From NCBI GenBank assembly GCA_044892525.1, contig CM097885.1:31498001-31562000 (forward strand): a DNA stretch of 64,000 nt. Direction: 5' to 3'. The position numbers and the translations under genes are program-made. Positions 1 through 12,596 of this stretch are shown in pieces. The notes under the pieces are model-generated. The model made no database searches and was not told where the DNA came from. It worked only from the letters and a program-made list of their open reading frames with translations. The number at the start of each line of letters is the position of its first letter. Positions within the stretch are counted from its first letter, which is position 1. This DNA is from Schmidtea polychroa. Taxonomy: Eukaryota.

Positions 1-1944
1 GTCCTCCCAGTTGGAAGACCTTTCGGACCAAACTGATACTTAAACAAGGGAAACATGAAACGAGCCATGAGGCTAGCTCGTGGCGTCCTATCTCTGTCAT
101 GAACACTACATACCGTATCTTCTCCTCTGTCCTTAATCATCGTATCCTGTCCTAGATCAGGCAAGGTCACCTACTTACCACCAACCAAAAAGCCATTGGC
201 ACCCCCGATGGCTGCGCCGAACATAATGTCAACACCATCTTCGAGTGCGAAGGGGAATTGTCCACCTCTGTGCCTATTGTCAAAGTGGTGAAACAAGGAT
301 GCCCACTTTCTATGACCCTCTTCTGCCTTTCGATTGACTTCATCTTAAGGACTATACTACGCGTACACCCTTCCTTTTTTCACGAACACAATATAAGCAT
401 CATGGGATATGCTGATGACATTGTCCTTATCTCCGACTCCTTCTCATCCATTACCGCTGCACTAGCTGAGACTGTGCGCCTCGCACAATAGGTCAATCTT
501 CGGTTTAAGCCATCTAAATCTGGCTATTTCTCACTCAACACTCTCGACACCCCCCCTATCAAACTCAATGGCGAAAGATTACCAGTTATCGACGACTAAA
601 ACCTCTAACTTTATCTCAGCGTTGACTTCTCGCACAAAAATAAGCATAACATCGATGAGAGACTTGACAACGCTCTGAAAGACACAAAACTTATCTTCCA
701 ATCTTACCTGCACCCGGCACAGAAGTTAATGTCCTACAAGATCTTCATACACTCCTGCCTCATCTTCACTTTCCGCAACTGGCAAAACATATGACGTTAG
801 ACTCTAAACACCTTACGAGAGGGGACGCGCAATACCTTGGCTTCGACCAAAAACTTAAAGACATTTTTCGAACCGCGATGGGGATAAAATTATGCAATTA
901 AACAACAATTTCATTTATGCCTCGGTAAAATTGGGGGGGGGGGTGGAACTCACTTCAGAGATAGATGAATACCATATCCAGAGCATTGTTCACATGATCA
1001 GGTCCCACAGCTCATTCGATCTAAGTTTTCCTAACCTTGTCACTTTTGAACTTGCACAGGCAAGAGGCCAAAGTAACCTTCATATTGCCCTGGCGTGGCT
1101 GAATGGGGAAACATCTAAACAATTTCCTACCTTCTCCTTCTTTTCCAAATTCCATAAATCGTCAACTAGACTGCTCCTCAAATACGGTATCTCCACGAAA
1201 ATCAAATACATTGAAAACTCCCTGCAACTAGAGGTAAAATATCGCGAACATCTCACCTACTTCAACATTGAGAATATCCATGAAACGTCCTCAGAACTCC
1301 ACTCCATAATTAACCTGATCCATGCTGAAAGATGGATCCGGATGAGATGCCAAGGTTACATTGCAAAAGCAATCAGTGAAAGCAACACAGTGGCCTTTTT
1401 CATTCAAATTGACATTTTGTCTGACGCCCAGTACCTCTTTCTTATTAAAGCGAGGAACAAACTGCTTAAGCTAAACTACTCTCCCCATCGGCTTAAGACC
1501 AATAAGTCAACCACTTGTCGACACTGCCTCACACACCCTGAAATCCAGGCGCATATCTTCAACCACTGTGCTGCAAAACTTAACGCCCGACGCTTTAAAC
1601 ACTCCAATGTCCTACAGGCCGTATCTGATATAATCCTGTCCCTCAACTTTATGGTAGACGTAGAAAGGCCCCGGATAGGGTATCAACGAGGCTTATACCT
1701 GACCTCCTCATTAAGTCTAACAGAAACCGCAACTGCCACCAGGACCTCCCACACATTTGAACCGGCACCGGAACATGGAAACTGCCTCCTGAACAGGCCA
1801 CCTGCCAACGGGACCTGTCACTCGCTCGAGCTGCCAATGGAACATGGAAACTGCCTTCTGGACCGGCCACCCACCACCGGAACTGATCACAAGCTGGACC
1901 TGCCACCAATACGTACCACAAATCCCGATCCTGTCACAAATTGA
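1..1944 (+). mobile_element. Degenerate non-LTR retrotransposon, RLE (R2/NeSL-like) type, 5' end outside window
   Basis: RT motifs WRPISV (about 80), KQGCPLS and YADDI in 258..491; CCHC knuckle CRHC..HIFNHC followed by an RLE-like (R/K)HxNV motif in 892..1944. Multiple stops and frameshifts. Confidence 0.85.
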
Positions 1945-3785
1945 TCCCCCCTCGGAACTTATTGTGTTTATGCTATGACTTAAATTGCGATTTTGCGTTT
2001 TCTTATCTATCGACAATGATCCTGAACTTAATCATATTTATTGACACTGATCCTGATTGATCTCCATATTTTAATCCTAGCACGACGAAAGGGACTCATT
2101 TATTCTGGGCATGTATAGTGGACTTATCTATATTATGTATACAGTGCATCCCTTATCTATATACTACATTATTACCTTATCATAACCGGCTATGGAACAT
2201 TGTTAAACCACGTTTGATGCTTGAGTCTTAGACTCGGCGCCCTATGAATGATATGTAAAATCCTTTTATAATGAAGGGATGGGAAGTTTTCCCTTTATGC
2301 TTTAATTGGCCTGTAATGTTATAAACCATTAAAATAAACTTTTCCTAGTGCTACGAATCATTATCAAAGCTACAAATGGATTTAATCATTATTCCAAGCG
2401 CCCAAAAGTTAGCAAGAAGCACCCACAACCATAAACTGGGAATCACAAACCCACCCAAGTAGCCAGGTGGATGGCATCGAAAAAGTCAACAGCCTAATCA
2501 AACCCAAAAAACCAAACGAAACTAATTCTCAGATAAAAATTTAAAAAAACGTATCATCGCGATATCGTCTACTAAATTGCAAATCCTTAAAATACCTTGG
2601 ACATGAAATGTTGAATATGATACGACAAATTCTTCCAAAGAAAGACGTCATATGCCCACCGAATAAATGCTATCGGTCTAAAATGTTCAGCCATCGTCAT
2701 TGCGATATATGAAGCACCCGATTGTTGTAATCCATATAGTTAAATCCATCTTTAAATCCATCTTTAAATTTCGCAGCAAAAATCTTGAAACCAACAATAT
2801 ATATTTAATCAAAGAATTTATAAATAAAAAGTTTTAATTATTTACAAAAACTGCCAACTCCAAATTATTTAAACAAAAAAGATATCTAACTCATATGAAA
2901 TTTTCCAAATATGACTCAAAAAGAAAATCCATTCCAGCTTCATCAAAATGCTTCGACCCAGAAAAATCGGATACGAATTTTTATTTGTTGATTTGTGAAA
3001 AAGTTCTTGTTCTTTTATAACCAGTTGCCGTTTTTTGCGTTGAATTTGTGTGGATCATATTTTAAAGTATAGTAATAATTATTTATTAAATTATTTATTA
3101 AATTATTAAATTAAGAAGTAAAAAAACTAATTATTTATAAACCCAAAGTAAATTAAATTATGTAATATATAATAGGAACGCGTAGATAGAAAATTGAATT
3201 GGGTCTTAGTGAATGGTGATAATACTCAACTTTATAACTACGTACTATTTGAAATTTCGTACTATTATGAAATGCCTGTAAGCAAACCTGACTCTGTTTC
3301 TCCTTATGTAAACAAGTAGTCACGCTAATTAGACGCTGCTACATTTTGCTTGTAAACAAATTTTTCTGGGTCAACCATGTGGTGGGTTACTGGTGGTTGA
3401 ATGATTAAGTGCTGTTACCAGCGTAACCCAAAATACAACGTTAGTGTTTCCACTTGGTACCCGTTGAGTAATCAACGTTGGTACTGTACCAAGGGGTGAG
3501 TACTCGCAAAAAGTGAGCGCATCAAGGCACTATAATTGTCGAGCACTCTATGGGTTCACGGACTACCGTTAGAAGGTGTGTGTCCGATTTCTTCAGGTCC
3601 CTTATCAAAATTGTTTTCCCAACCTTATGCACAAACTCTCGCTTCTCAGGCAATCATAAAATTTATCAGACATTATTTTAACGCTACAAAATATGTATTA
3701 TTTTAACAACAAGCAAAGAAATATCCTTTTAGTACTACCAGGTATATAAAGCACACTACAGAAATACATAACACGAAATAAAAGT

Positions 3786-4256
3786 TCAACTTGACCGGTT
3801 GGTGGGGCCGGTTAGTCCCGTCGTAGACATTTGTGATGAACCCGCTTGCCTTTCGTACTCGGCAAGTCTGGCCTTCTTTAATTTTTCACGGATGTTTCGC
3901 CCCAGTCGCTTTCTTTTGGGCTTATCTTTCGCGGCCGGAGGGTAAATTGCTGCCAGCTCCACGGTCAACGGCCGGATTTGACTTATTGTGGCTCCATGAA
4001 CCGCTTGTTCATTGCGTTCGGTTTCTAACGCGCGGAGTTGGAGCTTCAAGGCCCGGATCTTCATCCGATCCTGCGCGGCTTGGGTCTGCAGTTGGAGGAC
4101 CTGCGCCACCTTCTTTTTCATATCCTGGGGACTAAACCAAGTGCTTTCTAGTTCCCGGCACCGTCCCTTGAGTCTGTCCACTCGGACTCGGAGATCCTCG
4201 GCCTGTTTTTGTGCTTCTTCCCTGTCCTTCCGTAGGTTCTCCAATAGTTTGAACAC
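3786..4256 (-). CDS. Coiled-coil protein, ORF2 of unclassified element (begins at a probable splice acceptor)
   Basis: Homologous to 61164..61673 (LLENLRKDRE, TWFSP, IRPL.VELA.IYPPA, KPKRKRLGRN); GC-rich relative to flanks; both copies are preceded by a pyrimidine tract and AG. Confidence 0.65.
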   Translation of the reverse strand: MFKLLENLRKDREEAQKQAEDLRVRVDRLKGRCRELESTWFSPQDMKKKVAQVLQLQTQAAQDRMKIRALKLQLRALETERNEQAVHGATISQIRPLTVELAAIYPPAAKDKPKRKRLGRNIREKLKKARLAEYERQAGSSQMSTTGLTGPTNRSS

Positions 4257-4493
4257 TAAAAGAAATATTCTTAGATTATGTTATTACACCATGATATTCG
4301 CTTGATAAGATCGGTACTGGTTATAAAGACATTTTATGATTATTGAAGACCAACCCATTTTTACGATAATTTATTAAAGAAGAAACTCATTCGAAGTAAA
4401 GTTCATCATCAAATCAAATCTTATTAATTCATTACAGAGGAGATTTGTTCAGAGTAAAGTTCATGTCTATCGCGAGTTAGAATTGAGGACGAG

Positions 4494-4859
4494 TTAGGCC
4501 GGGTACTTGCAAGGCCTCCCCCTTTTTCGAGGGGTCGTCTCGGCCTCCTCCAGGTCCTCCAGAGTCTTTTCTTCTCGGATTGCCCGGATTTGCATGTCGA
4601 GTTTCTTCAGTCGCATCTGGGCCGCGTCCACCTCGACGGCCGCTCGGTCGCGGGCCTCCTGTAAAAGGTCGTTTCCCGGCTCCTCCTTCACCCACGCCGG
4701 GGCATCTACTTCGGGGCCCTTCCGGATCACTCGATCTGTGCAGTCCAGGTCCCGTCCCTGACTCCACCGATGGATGTGGTACCAAATGTACCGGGTCCGG
4801 AGTCGGGTGATCGTCTGCCGATCGGCTTCTTCGATGCTGCTGCTGTCAGAGTAGGACAT
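4494..4859 (-). CDS. AT-hook/coiled-coil protein, ORF1 of unclassified element
   Basis: Homologous to 60490..60852 (ITRLRTRYIWY, DAPAWVK, EARDRAA); C-terminal RKRGRP AT-hook-like motif. Confidence 0.7.
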   Translation of the reverse strand: MSYSDSSSIEEADRQTITRLRTRYIWYHIHRWSQGRDLDCTDRVIRKGPEVDAPAWVKEEPGNDLLQEARDRAAVEVDAAQMRLKKLDMQIRAIREEKTLEDLEEAETTPRKRGRPCKYPA

Positions 4860-5389
4860 TTCTGCAAAGTAACAATCAGGTCACTTTATACAGATTATGT
4901 TACGAAGTTAAACACGGGATTTTGTTAATCTCTTTTCCCCCCTTTTTAAAAATTCAACGTTAACGAAAAAGAAAATTCTTTATTTTCCAGCTAACACATA
5001 TAGGCCTAAGAACAATAGATTATAATCACATTCATTATCAACTAGATTAAAAAGGAATTTCGTCGACAATCCGTTTGTTTAAATTAATCATTTACATTCC
5101 AGAATTTGTTTACCACTAAGTGGTAATTTTAATTACTATTTATAAATTTTAGTTCATACTTGAATAAAATGTAAAGTTTTTGGATCATCATTTTTAGGCC
5201 ACTAAATTCGGGCACGCTGGGGCGACAGGTGCTAGCAACGAACTAAGCTCTTCGTCTGCTTACCTTTCCTTCGGTTGTGCTCGTTATGAGTGGTTTGCTC
5301 TGCATACAAGTAATTTATTTAATTTGCTAATTTCTAAATTTCCAGGTGATCGATATCGGATTGGGATATCGATTTTTTTTGTAGTTAAC

Positions 5390-5544
5390 TGTAATAATAA
5401 TAATACCAATAATAATAACAATGAAGTAACGATACTAATAATAATAATAATAATAATGATAATAATAATATTAATATTAATAATGGCAATGATATTAATA
5501 ATAATAAGAATAATAATAAAATTTAATAATGGTAATGATAATGG

Positions 5545-5577
<33 letters not shown>

Positions 5578-5767
5578 CAAGAATAATAATAAATTTTTAT
5601 AATGGTACTGATAATGATGATAATAATAATAATGCTAATTATGATATTCATAATAATGATAATAATAATAATAACAAGAATAATAATAAATTTTTATAAT
5701 GGTACTGATAATGATGATAATAATAATAATGCTAATTATGATATTCATAATAATGATAATAATAATA

Positions 5768-5824
<57 letters not shown>

Positions 5825-5915
5825 GAATAATAATACTAATAGTAATGATAATGTTGATACTGTTAATAGTAATAATAAGGGAAATGATCCGGATTATGAT
5901 AACTATAATTTTATA
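5390..5915. repeat. Degenerate (AAT)n microsatellite region with an internal duplication
   Basis: AAT runs; the segment aacaagaataataataaatttttataatggtactgataatgatg occurs twice. Confidence 0.9.
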
Positions 5916-6374
5916 ATCCCATGTTTTAGAATTATAAATTTATGTTTTATAATTTGTACTTTGATAATTTTCGATTTATAATTTGAAATTTTTCAATTTA
6001 GGGATTTACAATCTTGTAATTTATAATTATAATTTCATATTTTGAAATTTATACATTCATATTTTATAAGTCATAATTGCTTAACTTATAATTTATAAGT
6101 TTATAATCTAAAATTTGTACTTTTGTATTTTGTAATTCGTATTTTCATACTTTATAATTTGAAATTTTTAGTCGACGGAATATACTTCTTACAACTTTCT
6201 TTCTATGATCAACATTGTTTTCCGCAGTACTTACAGATTTCCTGGTCCTATTTGTGGATTAAACTTCAGAGTTCTAGCGCGTCTATCGCCTATCTGTAAC
6301 CAATCCTAAGTTGATTTTTATACGAAAAATTGTTTGCTACTATCTCTGATCAGACTTTCTCCATTAACAATTTA

Positions 6375-7561
6375 AGTAGTAAGATGTGTCACCTCCAGGA
6401 CATGTCACCTCCAGGACACATATATAAGTAGGTCAAGTTAAAATTAAGTAGATCAAGTTAAAATTATGTAGGTCACGACTATATAGGTATTAAAATATGT
6501 AGGTCAAGTTACTTTAAATATATGTTACCTCCAGGACACTATATAAATAAATAAGTCAAATTAAGTAGGTCACGACTATATAGTTTATAAAAAATATGTA
6601 GGTCAAGTTATTTTTAACATGTATCCCTATAATATATACATCATTCAAAAGATATTTGAGAGTAGAGTACAATGATCATACCTTCAAAGGTGTATGGTGA
6701 ATCCCTAACCTTCAAAAGGTGCAAAACCCTCGAATTTTTTCAAACTCTATAATACATGTCATTCAAAAGGTAATTGAGATGTGAGTATGATGGTCATACA
6801 ATCAAAGGTGTATGGTGAGTCCTTCACCTTCAAAGGGTCAAAAAATTTCGAATTTTTTCAAACTTTATAATATATATACATCATTCAAAAGGTATTTGAG
6901 AGTAGAGTGTGATGGTCAAACCTTCAAAGATGTATGGTGAGTCCTTACCCTCAAGTGTCAAAAACTTTGATTTTTATTCAAACTGTAAATTGATCATTTC
7001 AACAAATCTTTCAATCCCCAAAATAAATTTCCCAACTCAAAAATTTCCCAAATTTTAAAAATTCCCAAAAACAATTTTCCCAACTCAAATTTTTTCAAAA
7101 ATTAAAAAGTCCCAAAAATGAAATTCCCCAAATTTCCCAACTCAAAATTTTTCAAATTTTAAAAAGTTTTCAAAACTATTTTCCCAAATTTTCCAACAAA
7201 ATAGTAAAAGAATGTTTTACAATTTTTTTTTTTCCTCGAATACATCAAACCAAAAATTTAACAAGGTTCGTCACACAAATCTAATTTTGAAATCAAACAA
7301 ATGAATTTAATAAAAATTAAAATCATCGACATACACAACCGCCGCCCGCTCGCCCGCCCGCCGCCCGCCGCCCGCCCCGAAGGGGCTGGGCGGTAGTTTG
7401 TAAATTTGGTTTATTTTGAATATTATTATTTGATACATAGTTTTATTATTTACAATATTCAAAGTATTAATAACAAAGGTAAAGAAATAAATGTTTATTA
7501 AATGTATATAGTATGATACTCATTAATATACATTGAACATGCTTTACATTTGCGAACATTT
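6375..7561 (+). repeat. Left TIR of Polinton-1
   Basis: Reverse complement of 21418-22559. Contains TAGGTCA repeats, three tandem units of about 120 bp (6628-6990), TTCCCAA repeats and a GC hairpin. Confidence 0.95.
6421..6606 (+). promoter_or_regulatory. Array of ROR/Rev-erb-type nuclear receptor monomer sites (AT-rich + TAGGTCA)
   Basis: Five W-rich-GTAGGTCA copies (6424, 6464, 6495, 6561, 6594) plus one TAGATCA variant; mirrored in the right TIR. Function is inferred. Confidence 0.45.
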
Positions 7562-8055
7562 GAATCATGGCATTTAGAACATACAATTACATGTCCGCAA
7601 GGTAAAAACAAAACCGATACTTGATTTTCTTTACAAATGTAACAAGTTAAATACATTTTCCTACCATCATTGAGTTTTTTCCTTAGCTTATTTTCAATCA
7701 ATTCGGATTTCGATATCCATTCATAAATCAATCTACTACTATATCCTGGTTCCAGCCTTAAATCCATACAATTCCAAAAGCATTCATTCAATGAATCATT
7801 ATCTACTATTGCTTTGTCTAAATGCATCAAATAAATCGATAACTTCAAAATGCATTCATTGTAATTAAATAAATCAATCAAATATCCAATGGAGGAATGT
7901 TTGAAAATTTCTAAAATTTTTATGGTTTCCTTTTCAGTGAGAGTATCATAATTGTTCATAAAATCTTCAACGGTGCAGTTTAAAAACTTGAATGATCTCG
8001 TGGTCATCAGTAATTTCTTAATAAATTTATGAAAATACTTATATTCTGCACACAT
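7498..8055 (-). CDS. IAP-type C3HC4 RING finger protein (putative E3 ligase)
   Basis: C-terminal CYICKENQVSVLFLPCGHVIVCSKC...CKAC; homolog at 47259..47750. Confidence 0.85.
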   Translation of the reverse strand: MCAEYKYFHKFIKKLLMTTRSFKFLNCTVEDFMNNYDTLTEKETIKILEIFKHSSIGYLIDLFNYNECILKLSIYLMHLDKAIVDNDSLNECFWNCMDLRLEPGYSSRLIYEWISKSELIENKLRKKLNDGRKMYLTCYICKENQVSVLFLPCGHVIVCSKCHDSNVRKCKACSMYINEYHTIYI

Positions 8056-8413
8056 TTATAAGAGATACATTAAAACAACTCATTTATTAAACAAGAAAAT
8101 AATTTAAAATCAATAATGGTAATTTTAAGGATTATCTTCGATAGATTTTATTGAATAATGGTTCATTAAAAAGGTCTTGAAGAGCTCTATCCAATGGTTA
8201 TATATTTGAAGATATAATGTTTGTGCACAATATAGTAAGTATTATTATTTTTATTATTATTTTTATTAACAAACTACATTCTAATAAAATACTTTTACAC
8301 ATCAAATTATTAAAAAAAAAAAAAAAAAAAACCGATAATTATAAAACGAAAAAGAGACTTTACAATAATTTCTATTTTACAAAAATTCAAACAAGTCCGA
8401 TCACAGAATTAAA

Positions 8414-11400
8414 TTAATCTTGTAGATGTTGATTGATGAGATCGGGATCTGCTCCTGATTGAATATCATTATCGTCATTATCAATGACATCAACCCCTAA
8501 ATAATGACCATATGCAAAACTAGAGTTTTTCTCTACCCAAGCTCTTTTATCATCATGATTAGTTAAAGCAATCTTTGAGTTTTTAAAGGTAAAAAGCTGA
8601 TGATTTCGGGTTCCTATTCTAGTCTGAGGTACAGAAATAACTGTGTTGTTGTTGTAACAGTCTAAATAAGATTGATGTTTTATATCTGTACCTGGTAATT
8701 TTACGCCCTTAGCTCTCATAGTAGATTTATTTCCTAAAAGACTGTAGCACTTTGGTCGCAAGAAAACCCACTCACTATATCCTACACCCTTACTCTCATC
8801 CTTAAACTTACCTATAACTGAGTCGAGTCTCCTAGAATATAAAGGATGAGAGGGATCATAATTTGAGGTGTCTAACAAGTCATCCGAAATCATCGCTGGC
8901 AAAAGAACGTCAAGCTTTACATTTTTGACCTCTAAGAAGAAACTATCGGTATCACCCGCAACTATATTTATATCACAGTTAAACTGACTCCTATATTTTG
9001 ATAATTCTATGTACTGTAATTGATACATCCTTAGTTTGGATAAATCCAGCACTGATTGTCCGATGTAGCTGGGTCTATCCAAACATATAGACTCCTTATT
9101 GAGATGTACACCAAAAAGATCATCATCAATTTTGATGGTTTTTCTAAATGATGGTTTTGATGAATATGTAATTAATTTTTCCGCGGAATTACATAGTCGT
9201 AAATTTAATCTCTTCTTAAGGTTTTCAACGGATTTACCGTACAAGCTATTATTATACAATTTGAATAAATCTCTGTACAGTTCACTGCTTGCTTCAGCTC
9301 TTAGCTGTGTATTTTTATTTATATAATTTTTAAAAATCGGTGCTTGCTTGAATTTTGTAGCTCTATGGATGTGTACAACTTTGGCACCAAGAGACAAATA
9401 AAGCTTGAGAAGCCTCCAATGAAGAACATGGTTCTTCTTTGGCCAATGCGTGAGCATCAACTTCTCAACTTTCGAACCAGGCGGGCACATTTTCTCAGGA
9501 GCAAGAGGAAAGTCATTTAAGAAATCATGAAAAATTTCTGGAATATCTATATCCACTTCTATGGTATAACCATAGGGAAGGATTTCAATGTCAGCATTCA
9601 TGCACTCAAGCAATACATCATTCAATCCATCATACACCCAAGTGAAATCAGCAAAAGGAAGATTTTGGCTAAGAGCCCAACCATACAGATTATTTATATC
9701 AATATATAATAATTCTGTATTATCCGAAGCAGCAACGTAATGTTTGTTAACAAATGTTAACCCACCACGTATTCCTCCTTCGTAAAAATTGAACATTTCC
9801 ATGTCCTGTAAAAGTTCTATAGGCTCAGTTAATGTCATAAGCGCTGAGGCCCATGACATACCCGGAATACCATAAAAGTTTAGAGGTTCTAGACCATTGT
9901 ATGCAATGGCCTTGGCACGAAATTGTTGGAAATAGTCCGCAAGGAGGAATACATCCAATTTTTGATAAGTTAACATATAGTCAGCCAATTTAGTACAACG
10001 TTGTTGAGTCCAAATAAGTTGAGCCTTAGCATACTCATCTTCAGTAACACCAGACCAAATAGGAGGCAATTCATAAGTGGTTTCAAGTACATCCAAATCA
10101 GTCGCATAATCATAAGGAAATATGGCTTTAGCATCTATTATTAACCTATCAAAAACCGACGAAGTCAAAGGAAGATCAGTTAGAGTTTTTACAGCCTTAG
10201 CCAAAGAACAATTAACAAATTGTATGCTGTCGATAAAACGAACAGCTAATTTTTTAATGTGAACAATCATCGAGATAAATTTTTCTGTGCTTGTGGGTAT
10301 TATATTCAAATTCCAAGAAGGAAAGCCATTGAGACCATATTTTAAAATATGGTGTAAGTCGTAGCCTCGTAAATTATGAAATACAATCGGCAGCTGTTTA
10401 TAAATTCTGCGAGCCATATTACATTTCCTACAGGCTGCACCGAGATAATTACCAGTAAAATGGTCATGATCTCGAACAGCAAGGGATAAAACCTTCTTGC
10501 AAAGATAGCAGTTCCTACAAGATTTGAATTGTCGTTCCTCAGCAAAAGTCATAGGTCCTAACCGTTTTTTCCCTTCAAGCTCATAATAAGGTAGGACAAT
10601 TGTGACAGCAATTTCCTCTACTTTTTTAAGAAATTGAGGTATACAATCAAGACCATAAAACTCGTAATACGATTTTCTATTGTTAAGATTATTTATTAAT
10701 AAAAGACCTGCTGAAATAGGTAAATGTATTTGATGATGTTTAACATCTTTAGGTAAAACCGATTCAAAATCGGCATAAATAACAAAGGGTGGGGTGATTC
10801 TCTTTGAATGATTTTGAAACTCTAAATATTTATTTTCGGGTAAAGTGTAAAGGGTTGTACCCGTTTGATTTTTACTGCATAGGGCCACATGTTTAGTGAA
10901 AGCATTGTCTAATCGAAAACCGTTAAGACAATGTGGGCACCATTTGCATCTTATTTGAATACTACAGTCATTATTACGATGGCAGTTCATTAAACGTGTA
11001 ATGTTGGTCACTGCGGTGTAATGATAATTATCCTTATTTTACAAGAGTAATAAATAAATTGGAGTACCGATAGTAACCGTTGATCTGTGAATTATACTTA
11101 AGTGGGGGTGTTTAAAAACATAGTCATTAGGAACCTGATCATCATCAACTATCACAGTAGGGGTATAAGCCAGAACATTTATGGCAAGATTTAAGTCTAA
11201 ATTTTTCTTTTCGAATTTAGGTATATTACACAATTTCATCGGACAATCCGTGACTTCATTGTAATTAAGAATATTTAAAAGATTTTCATATTTTGAAACT
11301 CTTTCAGGGTGGCTACCTATTTCATCTTTTTTCAAGAGCGCGAGAATACTATAAAGGAAACACTTATGATCCTTATTTTTAACATTAATAATTGCTCCTT

Positions 11401-12509
11401 TAGATTTCAAATCTGCGGGTGTACGAATGTAACTATGACCAGATAGGCGACAAATAGGAGCAAATTTAGTCAGAATGAAATCAATCTCTAAGATATTAAT
11501 TACTCTCCAGCCACTACCTAAATAGGTAAACTTTTCAATTTTTTCGTTTAACTTATTAACTCCCTCAATTAAAAAGTTATCCGAAAAGATCTCGGCGTTA
11601 TTTGAAAAGTAGTTGTCACGGATTTCCCCATCTTTTTCAAATCTTATAAGAATAGCGAATTGAATTTTGACGCTACCCATGTTATTTATTTCAGATGTTA
11701 ACTTTTCAGTGATTTTATCCGTTATTATAATTTTAATTAATTGTGAATCGGCAATATTAAATCGAATAGTTCGAATGGCGCCATTTAAATTTGATTCTAT
11801 TATCGGCTCAATCGCTAAAGATGATCCACCTATTTGATTTATAGTATTTATAGTATTATCATTATTTATATTTTCATTTATAGCATTTATAGTATCAATA
11901 TTATCATTTATAATATCATGATTTATAGTATATTTAATATTATTACATTCGTCATCACTGAGTAGAATGACTTCATTTTTAATAATTTCGTCGTCACTGA
12001 TCTCAATAACTTCAGTTTTTATAATTTTATTTTTAATTTTAGACACCCTATGTTCAGCAGGTCTTTTGTTAGATTTCTTTTTTGTGTTATTATTTAAAAT
12101 ATTTACAATTTCAATGTTATTCTTATTTATTATTTTAAACAGTTCTTGTTTATTTGTTTTGAAAGAATTTAAGTGCTGAGAATGTTGACTATAAAATTCC
12201 TTATACCTTACACTCTGGGAAGTTTTGCATATGGGGCAAATAAAAAAGTTGATGCCATTAAAAGGTTGGCGATAATATTTCTTCATATTTTTGTGGCATT
12301 TATTGTCATGACCCATAGACGAATTACAATATTTAGGATAAAATTTGCCTAATAAAAGTTAAATAATTATTTATTGAATGAAAATGTATTATTTATTTAA
12401 TAATAATAATAATAATAATAAATGTAATTTAATCTTTCATTTAAAATTTGTCTATAATATTATCAACTATAAAATAATTAGTTAATGTTAAATAATGCTA
12501 AGTTATTAA

Positions 12510-12596
<87 letters not shown>

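Noticed and set aside
3833..4810. Antisense and alternative-frame ORFs over ORF1/ORF2 (also 60499, 60606, 61185)
   Set aside because: Shadows of GC-rich coding sequence; the sense frames carry the conserved motifs.
5284..5916. Poly-Ile/Leu/Asn ORFs (also at 17107, 30710, 31063, 40027, 40096, 41584, 46587, 47789, 47884)
   Set aside because: They are translations of (AAT/ATT)n microsatellites that lack stops in some frames; no coding signal.
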